64,000 nt of DNA from Eledone cirrhosa (GCA_964016885.1 OZ024743.1:318060001-318124000), one strand, 5' to 3'. Counted from the first letter of the stretch, positions 13,558 to 26,071 are shown. Numbers and translations: made by a program. Notes: generated by a model not told the origin, from the letters alone.

Positions 13558-13655
13558 CACCAATTTGTACTGCAGAAGAACTTGTTGATGCTTACAAAAA
13601 GGGATGTGAAGTCTATGATGTGAAACCATGGAACAAAATTATTCAACAACTTTTA
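13558..13655 (+). CDS. PPP1R37: PPP1R37-like exon 1 (numbered within window)
   Basis: tttctag|CACCAATT...CTTTTA|gtaag; encodes PICTAEELVDAYKKGCEVYDVKPWNKIIQQLL; phase 1 in, phase 0 out. Confidence 0.85.
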
Positions 13656-14087
13656 GTAAGTATTGGATGAAAAATTGAGACCAACACTTTTCTTATATTT
13701 CTAATGAAAGACACTACCAATGGTTTTTAAATAATTTAGTTATGTAACTAACTTTCTCATTATTAAGCTGGTTTTTGACACCTAACATAAAGGTTCTTAC
13801 ATAGAAAAGTTTTTAGATAAATATAAACAGTTTAAAAGAAATATCTTTCTGTCATAGAATCGGGTGTGGGTTCAGGTGGCTTGGTATCAAAAAGGTTAAC
13901 ACTTTCATCACCATTTTCTTAATGAAAGACACTGCCTATGATTTTAAATGATTTGGGAAATAATCAAGAATTTGGCAGGATTTAATAAAATAACTAACTT
14001 CATCATCATTAAGCTGGTGTTTGGGGAAAAATTTAAATATTGTTACATAAAATGGAAGGTTTTTAGATAAATAAAAACACTTTAAAA

Positions 14088-14272
14088 TCATCATCATGAT
14101 CATTTTACGTCTGCTTTTCCCTGCTTACAAGGGTAGGACAGGTCCTATTCAGCACAGCATCTCTCCACTTGTCACGGTACTTCGTCATCTCCTCCGTGAG
14201 TTTCAGCGATCTGAGGTCTGCTCTCACTACCTCCACCCATGTTTTTCGTGGTCTTCCTCTACTGCGTCTTCC
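14088..14272 (-). mobile_element. RTE subfamily C 3' fragment nested in a TTAA-flanked MITE
   Basis: Close match to 10752-10950. Confidence 0.8.
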
Positions 14273-15619
14273 TAAACAAGATAAATAAAATATTTAAAAA
14301 TAAACACACCATAAGGACCTGGGGTTGTTTTAAGCAGTTTGGTAGCAAAAGGGTTAAATAACAAAATCTTTATTCTTTATGTATCTTATAAAAATGGCTC
14401 AGCTCATCTTCAAAGTAGTGGCTTTGGTAAGTTTTCTCTCCAAATAGTTTCAATGGCAAATAATTAATGGATGGAAAAGTTTATATAGATGAAGCAACCA
14501 AGCTGAAACTTCAATGTCACTTTTCTACTCTGAAAATATAATGTACACTCCTCTTACCAGTGCTCATTCTGTGAAAGTTTGAATGTTTTAAGTACTGTGG
14601 TCTTTTAAACACTTCTTCTAATTTATGTAGACATACAAACACACACACACACACACATACACACACACATACATACATGTGGACACAGAAATACAATAAC
14701 TCAAAGTCTTATTAGTTTCATGTTTGTTGGAAAAGGAAAAAAGATTGTTTCCATGTATCAGATGTTTGTCCTTCATCAGGAAAGAGAAAAGGTCAGAGAA
14801 AGAGGAGGTTGGAAGATGGTGGTGGGGAGTTTTATTAAGATGGGTGAGGAGGACAGGCAAGGATTGATGATGACGAGACATATATATATATATATATGTA
14901 TGCAGAATAACTTTGTTTGTCTCTACCTTCCTCACCCTACTTCAGTGTACTTGATAACCAGTATCTCAATTGAAATATAGACATGCACTCACTTTTCATT
15001 CTTCCTTCATCTCTCTCTCTTTTCTCATATATATATATATATATATAACTTGAGCCTAATATGACTTTGTATTTTTGCATCCTTGTATTTGTTGTTTCTT
15101 TTATCAACTATATATAGTTCATTTGTTATACACTTAAAAACCAGTAGACCACTCATGTTCAAATTTGTCGTGTGAGTTCCTTAGACCCAGGAATAGATTT
15201 TCCTCACACTTGGATCTATATTCATTTGTTTATATGTTTGTCAATCTGTGGTCATGGTGGTTGTCATGTCAATCTGTGGTCACTATGACGGAATGTGATG
15301 GAAAATAGAGAGAATGAAGAAGTGAGAATTTGAGAGAAGGCAAAATTAAATAGGCCACTGAATGCCAAAGATGGAACTAAGCAAGTAAATTAACAATGCA
15401 TGAATGAGGAGATAAAGAGATAAAGAAAGCGAAGAAAGTCAGTGACATGTGTTCAACTTAGTAGCCGACACTAAAGCAACAAACACATGCTTATTTCAGT
15501 ATTGAACGTCCCCCTCTCTCTCCTATATGAAAGGAGATACGTCTAAAACAAGTGTGTAACACATATTCAATCAACATAAAGCAACAACACACGCCTGCTT
15601 TAATATCAAAATCCACTCA

Positions 15620-17120
15620 AACAGAGGAGTTCAAGACCGGCTGCCCATGGGAACTCCTATACGCAGATGATCTAACGCTCATAGCTGAATCAATGACCGA
15701 ACTAGAGAAGAAATTCCAAACGTGGAAGCACGGCCTAGAATCAAAAGGCCTTAAAATTAACCTGGCTAAGACTAAAGTTCTAGTTTGTAGGAAAGAAAAT
15801 AAGGCGGCGGTCCCATCGGGGAAATGGCCATGCTCAGTGTGTAGGAAAGGCGTAGGTAGAAACTCCATTTTATGTCCCAAATGCAAAGTATGGGTGCATA
15901 AAAGATGTAGTGGGATCACAGGTAAGCTAACTAAGAACATAGATTTTACATGTGGCCGGTGCTCTGGTGCAATAAGTAGCAGCAAGTGCCCACAAAATAC
16001 TAGCTCCTTCAACTGCGCAGAGGGTTCTATAGAAATAGTGGACAGCTTCCGTTATCTGGGTGACAAAATCAGCAGTGGGGGAGGGTGCTCTGAAAGTACA
16101 GTAGCTAGAGTCAGAACTGGATGGAAAAAGTTCAGAGAGCTTATACCACTATTAGCCGCTAGAGGGTTCTCCCTAAAAATGAAAGGCAGGTTATACGATG
16201 CCTGCATACGAACAGCAATGCTGCATGGCAGTGAGACCTGGGCATTGTGTGCAGAGGATATACGCAGACTAGAGAGGAACGAAGCTTGCATGCTCCGCTG
16301 GATGTGCAATAGTAATATACGTGAACGGCAAAGCATAAACGAACTAAGGAAAAAATTAGAAATAAGAGGGATCAGATGTTGTTTACTCGAGAGAAGGCTA
16401 CGTTGGTACGGTCACGTGATGCGCATGAAAGACGACAGCTGTATAACAAAGTGCAAGGCAATAAAGATAGACGGTAGCCACGGAGTAGGCAGACCCAGAA
16501 AAACATGGGACGAGCTGATAAATTCCGACCTCACACGCTTACACCTCTCCAAGACAATGTCACTGGACCGAGACCTTTGGCGGTACTCAGTAATAGAGAA
16601 GACCCGCCTTACCTAAATACAAAGTAAAAACCTACTACAGTCAGTAGGCATCTCTATCAAAACACACCCCCGTCCCACCACCTCCACCCCACCCACACCG
16701 CCCCTTTCAATGTAAAGTTATGTTGGTCCCACAACATCCAGGCCGAAACAAATGAGATCGTGTAGGTGTCACGACAAAAAACACACAGTCCACGCTGTAA
16801 ATGTGGCTGTGTAGGCAACACGGTAAAAACCTCCCAGCCCCACACTGTAAATGTGGTTGGTGTTAGGAAGGGCATCCAGCTGTAGAAAACCCGCCAGACA
16901 GTCCACGCTGTAATGTGGCCGTGTAGGCAACACGGTAAAAACCTCCCAGCCCCACACTGTAAATGTGGTTGGTGTTAGGAAGGGCATCCAACTGTAGAAA
17001 ACCCGCCAGACAGTCCTATGCGAGCAAGACAACCACTCTTGCCTCAAGTGGGAAAACCCCCGTCCAAACCCATGCAAGCGTGGAACACGGACGCTGAACC
17101 GGATGATGATGATGATGATG
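15620..17120 (+). mobile_element. RTE-clade LINE, subfamily A, 5'-truncated
   Basis: ORF 15552..16616 is TE-derived from TEEFKTGCPWELLYADD onward; 3' UTR has an internal ~110-bp tandem duplication and a (GAT)n tail. Confidence 0.9.
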
Positions 17121-17684
17121 ACTCTCTCCTCTATTGGCTGCAGCACATTTTGTTATAATTTCTTTATATCTCTTCCATGTGTGTATATATGTCATATCTA
17201 TTTCATATTTAGCCCATGAACAAAAACGATCTCCATACCATTTGAGGGCATTGTGTTTGTATTTAAACACATGCTAAGCGAAATAATTCTGAGTAAGTCC
17301 TGGTTGTAGTTGGCGGAGCAGTGACACTCTTGACATCTCACCATTACCACGACTACAAATGTTAATTTTCCAAACTCAAGAAAGCTTCTAGATATAAATT
17401 TGAAAGCAGAGGTAATGGAGAGGAGTTCCAACTAGATCCTGTCAACAAAATCTCCATATAGTTTAAATACACAAGTGTCTGATATCTGAATGGCACCCAG
17501 GAGTTATAACCTGGATGTGGCTTGGCTTCTTTAGAGTGTAAGAAGTTAAGGGCTGAAACATCTGCTTGAGGGAGGCTTCTTCTCTGAAGACCTTCTGCTG
17601 TCCAGCTCTCCTGAGAGTTTCTTACCACTATCTTCTTCATATGTTTCCCATGTATGTGTATATATGCCACATCTTCATATATAG

Positions 17685-17726
<42 letters not shown>

Positions 17727-18783
17727 CAATCTCTCATGAAATTTGGGGTTCTTTATTTGATTGATGGAAACACTACTAAAAACAAGATTTGTGAAACCTG
17801 TAATATTTTTGTACATATTTATGTCCGTTAGTTTTTGGTTGTTGCTTCTGAAAAATCATTGAACGTTAATGTAATGAGTCCTCATTTAATGAAGTTTGAC
17901 TTGACTTAGATCCATCATTAACATTAACATTTTTTAGAGAAATAAAAGTGACATTGGAAGCTGCAAGCAAAAGATGCCACCAAAGAATAGACCTTCAGTT
18001 GGATGAAAGTGTGGTAAAAGGATGTATCCTAGTTGGATTGTTTATCGACATAGACGTGAGGGAAGGTCCCTCGTCTATTTACCATTTTTGTAAGTGAGAA
18101 TTATAACAAGTGAGTGGGTGTGTGCGTAAACAAGACAATAACCACAACGAGAGTTATATTCAACAAATGTAAATAATGGTGATGTCTATTTTGTTTATAT
18201 GTGTTTATTATATTACAAATGGAACATACCAAATATAGACGTGGTCAGTTGTGGTGAAGGAACGTATTACAATTACAAAGGTATTGTGGCGTTTGGTGTT
18301 CCTGTGGCTGTTTATCGTTTCGTGATACAGAGGCTGTTTTCTGTGGCTTGTATGCTGTCTGCTTTCCCGTGGCTGTCTGCTGCTTACCTAGGAAAAGGGT
18401 TCTCCACCAGGGGGAGACAACTAGGCCTGATCCATTATCCGCCAGGATAATGGATAGTCTCAAAGCTATGGCAAAGCAGCTACAAAGGTAGAATGAAAGG
18501 GAAAAGCAGCAACAAGAAAGACTCCAAAAACAGAGAAAAATATAAGCAAAATGAATCAGAAAAACAAAGATCAAAAAGGCTTACTGATGATAGGAAAGAA
18601 AAGCAACTATTCATCGAGAGGAATTAGATGTACGAAACTACAGCACAAAACGGAGAGGATGAATCAGATGCACAAAGATTCCCAAGGCTTCAACAACAAC
18701 AGAATAAGAAGGATGAATCAGAAGAACAAAGATCAAAAAGGCTTGCTGAAGATAGGGCAATGAAAGCAACTGTTTGTCAAGAG

Positions 18784-21052
18784 CAGGGGTCACCAAACTA
18801 TGGCCCGCGGGCCGGATCAGGCCCGCAACGTCAGTTCATCAGGCCCACCGACAGTACTTGCATTTGCATGATAAAACGGATGAAACACGAGATGTTTCTA
18901 GTTCAATGTCTTTTTCATTTTCAGATCCCGTTTTCTTCACCCTTTTCTACTAAGAAAAGAAAAGTGGACGCTGAGTGTTGCGTTTTCAATGAAGAATGAG
19001 GAGTAAAGTACTTCTTTGTGGAAATAAAGGACCAGAAAGCTAGTTGCGTGGTATGCAGCAAAAGTGTTGCCGTTTTGAAAGAGTACAATCTTCGGTGTCA
19101 CTATGAAACAAAACATCTATCAACATATTCAAAGTTTTCTGGAAAGTTACGCTCTGAGAAATATGAGTCCATGAAACGTGGTTTAGAAACTCAAAGAAAT
19201 CTCTTCGCGAGAAAGTTTGCTGAAAATGAATCTGTCACTCGTACAAGTTACAAAATAGTGCATAAGTTGGCAGAGCGAGGAAAACCGTTTACTGATGGCA
19301 ACTTCATCAAAGAGTGTATGATGGAAGCAGCAAATGACTTGTGTCCTGAGAAAGCCGATTTGTTTGGAAGTATCAGACTTTCGGCAAGTTCAGTTGTGCG
19401 GAGAACAGAAGAACTTGGAGAGAACATAATGCTACAGATACGCGAGAAAGCTAGGAACTTGTTGTGGTATTCTCTGGCGCTGGATGAGTCTACTGATCTC
19501 TCGAGTACGTCACAACTTCTTGTGTTCATTCGTGGTGTCAATTTGGACTTTCAGATAACGGAAGAGTTGGCATCCGTTTGCTGCATGCATGGAACAACAA
19601 CTGGAAAAGACATTTTCATGGAAGTGCAGAAAACTTTGCAAGACTATAACCTTCAGTGGAATCAGCTTCGAGGTGTTACAGTTGATGGAGGAAAAAACAT
19701 GGCTGGAGTGAGGAAGGGTCTGGTCGGGCAGATCAGGACTCAGTTGGAAGATTTGCAAATTCCGGGCGCTCTGTTCATACACTGCATCATACATCAGCAA
19801 GCACTCTGTGGGAAAGACTTGGATATTTCTTGTGTACTGAAACCAGTCGTTTCTGCTGTGAACTTCATTCGGGGACATGCACTCAATCACCGTCAGTTCC
19901 AGGCTTTTCTTGAAGAAATTGATTCTGATTTCTGTGACTTACCTTATCACACAGCAGTGAGGTGGCTCAGCTGCGGTAAAGCCCTGTTTTGTTTTTACAA
20001 GCTCCGAAACGAAATAGATGTTTTCCTCACTGAAAAAGATAGAGCTGATCCACAGCTGTCAGATCCTATCTGGCTGTCAAAGTTGTCATTTTTGGTCGAC
20101 ATCACATCCCACATGAATGAACTGAACTTGAAACTTCAGGGAAAGGATAACCTCGTCTGTGATCTCTACAGAATCATCAAAGGATTTCGGAGAAAGCTGT
20201 CATTGTTTGAAGCACAACTGGAAGGAGAAAACTTCTCTCATTTTCACTGTTTCAAAGAGTTTTGTGCTACAATTGCTGAAGATGTCAACCTCAATTTTTC
20301 TAAAAAGATTATTCGTGACTTGAAGAAGCATTTTTTGGAGAGATTTTCAGATCTCGACAGAATTGAGAGTGACATTCTTCTGTTCCAGAATCCGTTTGAT
20401 TGTAACCTTGATGATGTGCCAGTTGAACTACAGTTGGAGCTCATTGATTTGCAAGTAAATGACTTGTTGAAAGAGAAGCACAGAGAAGGAAAACTTGTTG
20501 AATTTTACCGCTTCTTACCTGATGTTGAGTTTCCGAAATCGAAGAAATTTGCCGCTGGTATGGCATCATTGTTAGGAACAACTTATGTCTGTGAGCAAAC
20601 ATTTTAAAAAATGAAGTATGTGAAGTCAACACATCGAACGAGATTGACTGATGAACATTTGAAAGCAATTCTCTTGATTGGATGCAGCAATTCCAAAGCA
20701 AACATTGATGATATCTTGAAAGCCAAGCGTCAGTTTCACAAATCTCACAAACGTTTTTTGCTGCTTAGGTTGTAAGATTTGGATATGGCACACTAGGTCT
20801 GATGTAACTATATTTTTGCTAACGTCGCCTTATTTGATAACTTTTTAGTAAATAAATATGTTGGCTGTCTTTGTTTTTTGTGCATTGCACGCCACTCACC
20901 CATGATTAACATGGAATGTTAAACGTAGTGTTTCATCTTTTTCCCAGAGCTTTCGTTCTGGCTTGCAAGTATTGAACAGAATGATTATGCGGCCCGCGCT
21001 TGTCATTCTTTCAGCTATCCGGCCCACTATGAAAAAAGTTTGGTGACCCCTG
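18784..21052 (+). mobile_element. hAT DNA transposon (Buster/Charlie type; GTF2IRD2-like transposase)
   Basis: Perfect 16-bp TIRs CAGGGGTCACCAAACT/AGTTTGGTGACCCCTG; 8-bp TSD GTCAAGAG at 18776-18783 and 21053-21060. Confidence 0.97.
18892..20775 (+). pseudogene. hAT transposase with two nonsense codons
   Basis: KKRKVD NLS-like motif, BED-type finger (CVVC..HYETKH), LALDESTD, TVDG, CIIHQQ, VRWLS, CEQTF. In-frame stops at 18997 (expected Trp) and 20605 (expected Ser). Start codon uncertain. Confidence 0.88.
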
Positions 21053-21679
21053 GTCAAGAGGAATCAGATTTGCTGCTTTTAGTTACAATCCACATCAAGA
21101 CTATGCCTCAGAACCTTTAATTCAAATTTCCTCAATGAACAAAATTTGTCAAAATTGTGGTGTTAAAAAATGGAATTAAAAACTGGATTGTATTGTTTAA
21201 ATGGAAAGATTAAGTTTAAACCATTATCTGAACAACCGGAATCCTTGAGGGGACTGCTGATTGGTACAGCTACTGAATCAAGACACTTTCTTCAAAATAT
21301 CCAGAAGTACAATAATGTATTCCAAATGACATCATTTGGTGCAAATGTCATCCATGAAGATGGCTTTATGCCCACTTTCAAGATCCAAGGGCAAGTGTAC
21401 CATGGAATTGGACTACTTCAACCAGTTTCTGAAGAAGAACCAAAATATTTACAACTGTATTTCTTCAGTTATATGAAAACCCAAGCACAGCAAAATAGGA
21501 AAGGAATAAAAAAACAGAGTATGAAATCAGATTGCAAATACTGCAAGATATATTACATACAAGAAACAACTATATTAGAAGTTTCAAATATACCCTAGAA
21601 AAAGTTTTCAATGAAATTTTATTATTTTCTATAACCCGTACAATGTCGGGTACTTCTGCTAGCATATATATATATATAT

Positions 21680-22438
21680 GCAGATTGTATGATGCATGTA
21701 TACGAACAGCAATATTACATGTTAGTGAGACTTGGGCATTGTGTGCTGAGACATGCGTAGATTAGAAAGAAATGAAACTTGCATGATCCGATGGATGTGT
21801 AATAGTAACGTGCACGAAAGGCGAAGCATAAACGAACTAAGAGGTAGACTAAGCATAAGAGGTATCAAATGTTGTGTTCTGAAGAGGAGATTGCGTTGGT
21901 ATGGACATGTGATGCGTATGAAGGACGAAAGCTGTATAAAAAAAGTGCAGGGCAGTGAAAATTGATGGAAGCTGCGGAGTGGGTAGACCAAGAAAAACCT
22001 GGGACGAGGTGATAAAAACTGACCTTGCCCACCTACACCTCTCTCAGACAATGACACTGGATCGAGACCTTTGGTGCCATGCAGTTGTACAGAAGACCTG
22101 ACTACCATTGCATACAAACCTACAGTCAGTAGGCACCTCTTAACTCAATGTACACCCCACCACCACACCCTACCACATCCTCCCTCTCCCGTTCCGTCCA
22201 CTGTGTCGATGACACAACAGTCCACGCTGTAAGGTGGCCGTGTAGGAGACACGGTGAAAAGGCTCCCAGTCCACACTGTAAATGTTGGGAAGGGCATCCA
22301 GCTGTTCAAAAAAACCTGCCAGAGATGCTTACGTGCAAGCGAGACATGGTCTCTCGACCATTCCCGCATCAAATGGAACAAAACTGTCTAACCCATGCTA
22401 GCGTGGAAGATGAACATTAAACGATGATGATGATGATG
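21680..22438 (+). mobile_element. RTE-clade LINE 3' fragment, diverged
   Basis: RLYDACIRTA..RRLRWYGHVMRMK with frameshifts; 3' UTR and (GAT)n tail. Confidence 0.85.
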
Positions 22439-23014
22439 CATTCATGGTCTGTGGGCAGCAATGAAGACTATGAATCAGAGTAGTACTTGATATATATTTA
22501 AGTAGTTTTTACCATGTATGTCTCTCTCTATATTTAAACATATGTTGTTATTTTTGTCTTGAAAAATTTATTTCTTGTTATTCCAAATGTGTACTTAGTT
22601 GCCTGCATTTGTTTATATTTTTTATGTCAAAGTTTACTAATTTCTTGTCATAGTAAATACTAGATTTTACAGAGTAAATTTGCATCGTGATTGCTAAAAT
22701 TACTCAAATGATGACCTTTTGGTGCTAACCAGACAAAAACCAGCTCTTGTTCTATGAAACAAAATTACCCATATTAAAGTGTTCCAATTTAAATTTATAT
22801 CTTCCAGCATAATTTTATATAAGAAATGTGTTAAGTTACTATCTTAGTAACGAAATAATAATTTTGGATGAATCCCTTAAAATTATTCAGAAATTCATTA
22901 AAATAAAGTTTATTTCATTATAGACATATTCTTGGATATTGTTTTGTGTCCTGTTTTATGTCAAAAGACATGACAACTTCTCTATATATATATTTCAATT
23001 TTTCTTTTTCACAG

Positions 23015-23060
23015 AATGTCAAAAACTGCTGGAATAGGCATAAATCTTTCATTATTCAAG
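23015..23060 (+). CDS. PPP1R37: PPP1R37-like exon 2
   Basis: ttttcacag|AATGTC...TTCAAG|gtaaat; NVKNCWNRHKSFIIQ(G). Confidence 0.8.
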
Positions 23061-23163
23061 GTAAATAGTTTTAAAATTTTCTATTTAATTAATAATGAAT
23101 GAATGTTGTTGTTCAAATGATTCTCGTAACTTCTGAAATTTAAAAAAAATCTTGTCTTTTAAG

Positions 23164-23264
23164 GTCAACAATTGGATCATAAACACTGCGAAGCTCTTGA
23201 AGAAGTTTTTCGGCGGGTTCAGTTTGAAAGTATCATTATTGAAATATGTGATTTGGAAGATGAG
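23164..23264 (+). CDS. PPP1R37: PPP1R37-like exon 3
   Basis: cttttaag|GTCAAC...GATGAG|gtaatg; GQQLDHKHCEALEEVFRRVQFESIIIEICDLEDE. Confidence 0.9.
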
Positions 23265-23609
23265 GTAATGATTTTATTTGTTATTTTGTCACAGTATGAC
23301 TTGAAATAATTATTTCTCTGAATAGTTTAAGATGTGAAACTTGCCAAATCAGACAAGAAAACAATGTTTCAATTGGTCTTTCCATTGCTGATACTATCTA
23401 CCAGTCGCAACTCCTGGCAAAAAGAGCAACGTGAAATAAAGTGTCTTGTTCAAGGACCTAATGCATCTATTCCTGGTCCAGGAATCAAACTCATTATCAT
23501 AAGATTGCAATTCCAATTCTCTAACCATTAACCTTTACAAGGGTTCCTATTTAAATTAAAATTTCAAACATAATTTTGTTAACTAATATTGTTTTAATAA
23601 TGGTGTCTA

Positions 23610-23818
23610 ATTTAAGCACAAAGCCAGCAATTTGGAGGAGAGGAGTAAATCAGTTAAATAAGCCCCTGTACTTGGGTGGTATTTTATTTTATTATTCTCA
23701 GAAGGATGAAAGGCAAAGTTGACCTTGGTGGGATTCAAGCTCAGAATGTAGAGACCCAGAACAAATGCCTCAAATCATTTTGTCCGATGCTCTAGCAATT
23801 CTGCCAATCCACCACCTT
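23610..23818 (-). mobile_element. tRNA-derived SINE (family 1), diverged
   Basis: Reverse-complement similarity to 25727-25915 (AGGATGAAAGGCAAAGTTGACC). Confidence 0.7.
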
Positions 23819-24000
23819 ATATCATTTTAATAATGAAATAATTAATAATTTTAGTTAATCCCTCCAAATTCTTCATTAATCAATAGAATTTCACTGTCTT
23901 TTAGAAATATTATAATGAAAGGGTTAAGGAAAATATAAGAATTAATTTGAGAGATAGCAGCAGTAAAAAGTTTTACTGTGAAAATAGGAAAAACAAAATG

Positions 24001-24795
24001 TACCTTATATATTCAAATATAAGCTAACCCCCCCATTTTATGTCTGAGAAATGGGCAAAAATCAAAACCCCTTTTATAAGCCAAGGCAGCTACTCAACAC
24101 ATTATGTTTAGATGGAGTGGTTTTAAAATTTTCATGAGTATAAAATATATTTATGAAGTTTTAATATTTTGATGTTTAAAATATTTTAAGTGTTGTTTAG
24201 AGTATAGTTTTTGTTTCACAACTCCTTTATGTTATGTGTTTCCATTACATTAAATTTCAACAAGTTTCTCAAATTTTTATTTACTTCCGGCCACTCATGC
24301 TAAGAGTACTTTGAGAGCAAGAGATCGAATAAGAGAACTTTGTATAGGAATTCATCGAGTAGAAGAGGGGGGGGGAGACAGCAAGTGGGAAGCAAAGCAA
24401 TAAAAAGAGAGGGCAGGTGAGAGAGTAAGAACAATAAAATGAAATCAGAAGATTTCAATCTTACATAACATTGAAAGAAAAAGTATTATTAAGTCAGAGA
24501 AAAACATGTATGTGTGTGCCTGTGCATGCCTGCGTGCATGTTTATGGGATATTTATGTATTAAAAAATTTAAAATATAAAAAATTTGTTGGAAATATTTT
24601 CAAGGGAATGGATAAATAATACCAATGACAATTTAGTAAATGTAGAAAAACAGTGTTTCATTGTAAAATAATCACTTCAGCACATTTTGTACGTAGAATT
24701 TGAAGTTGGTGAAAATCGGCAAAATATTAACCACAAATATAAGCTGATGCCCTTGTTTTACCAAATTTTTTTGATATTTCTCGGCTTATATACAT
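24001..24795. mobile_element. Non-autonomous DNA transposon (Tigger/pogo-like ends)
   Basis: TACCTTATATATTCAAATATAAGC...TCGGCTTATATAC; both subterminal regions shared with 30735-32846. Confidence 0.55.
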
Positions 24796-24906
24796 TAACT
24801 AAAAGATCTATATTACATGCATTCACTTAGAAAATATAAAAGTTATAGTCATGTTTTTATGTCTTTAAACATCGGGCTCTTATTTTTCCCTTCTATTCAT
24901 TTTTAG

Positions 24907-25026
24907 ACTGCTGAAGCTCTCTTTGACATGATTGAATACTATGATTCCACAATGAAATTGAATATGTCTTTTAATAAAGATATTGGAATTAGAGGATGGC
25001 AAGCATGTTCAAATATGATACGAAAG
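24907..25026 (+). CDS. PPP1R37: PPP1R37-like exon 4 (GC donor)
   Basis: ttttag|ACTGCT...CGAAAG|gctggt; TAEALFDMIEYYDSTMKLNMSFNKDIGIRGWQACSNMIRK. Confidence 0.85.
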
Positions 25027-25138
25027 GCTGGTTATATTTTTTTAATTTACTTTCTTGAAATCATTTCAATATAAAAAGTTTTATTTATTGACAGAACAGG
25101 TTTTAATATTAATTGAGAAAATAAATTAAATATAGTAA

Positions 25139-25197
<59 letters not shown>

Positions 25198-25680
25198 CTT
25201 GAGAGTGAGAGAGAGAGTGTGTGTTAGAGCTCGTAACACAACAAAAAGCACCCAGGCCATGTATATATTCTTGAATGGAAAAATAGATGTAGATGGAAAG
25301 CGGACGTTAAAACGACTGATATAACTTTTTAAAATATTAATGAGTTTTTGATATTGGATAATATCAAATTATTATTCTGTGTTATTATAATGATGTTAGG
25401 AAGGGCATCCAGCTGTATAAATCAAGCCAAAATACAAATCCATATGAGCAGGATGTGGTCTCTGGACCCGACTTGATTCATTATGTGACAACCCGTTTAA
25501 CCCATGCAAGCATGGAAAATGGATGTTAAACGATGATGATGAATGTGTGCAAAGAGTAAAAGCAGAAAACTTATCAGAGGGCTTAAAACACAGCATGTTA
25601 AATAACATGCAAGGAAAACTATGTAAATATAAATGAAATGAGTTTGGAATATGGCGAGCGAATTTTTTTAGAATTGAAAT

Positions 25681-26071
25681 AGAAATAGAAGGTGTTGCCA
25701 TAACATTAATTACATAACATAACATAGGGCGGTGGATTGGCAGTATCGGTAGAGGGTCGGACGCCATGCTTTGACGCATGGAGTTACGGCCCTTGTCATT
25801 CTGAGTTCAAATCCCGCCGAGGTGAACTTTGCCTTTCATCCTTACGGGGTCGATAAAATAAAGTACCAGTAATGCACTGGGATAATTGCTGGCCTTGTGC
25901 CAAAAGTAGAAACAATTAATTACATAACATAGTCTAATAACGGCGTGTATAAACTCACTGAACAGAAAAACATGGGTATCAGCATACCCATGTTTTTCCA
26001 TTCAGTGGATTTGTACATTCCATTATTAGACTATGTTATGTAGTCAATGTTACAGCGATGCTTCTATTTCT
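25681..26071. mobile_element. Palindromic foldback MITE, left arm split by a SINE
   Basis: Arms AGAAATAGAAG..TAACATTAATTACATAACATAGTCTAATAA..GAAAAACATGGGTAT / ATACCCATGTTTTTC..TTATTAGACTATGTTATGTAGTCAATGTTA..CTTCTATTTCT around a CAGC centre. Confidence 0.75.
25727..25915 (+). mobile_element. tRNA-derived SINE (family 1), young, with TSD
   Basis: A-box TGGCAGTATCGG, B-box GAGTTCAAATCC; TSD ATTAATTACATAACATA at 25705-25721 and 25915-25931. Confidence 0.85.

Larger units (their letters stand above)
17672..21662 (+). mobile_element. Internally deleted Helitron, interrupted by a hAT element
   Basis: 5' A|TC followed by (GT)n; charged repeats ESEEQRSKRLA (18440-18780); Rep N-terminal region CQNC..CLNGK..FLQNIQKYNNVFQMTSFGA..PTFKIQGQVYH..YLQLYF (21061-21470); 3' hairpin ACCCG..CGGGT then CTAG at 21659-21662. 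5' boundary is less certain. Confidence 0.75.

Noticed and set aside
15552-15619. Novel N-terminus fused to the RTE ORF (likewise 6791..7219 YIYI start)
   Set aside because: Chance read-through from flanking DNA or (TA)n into a 5'-truncated element.
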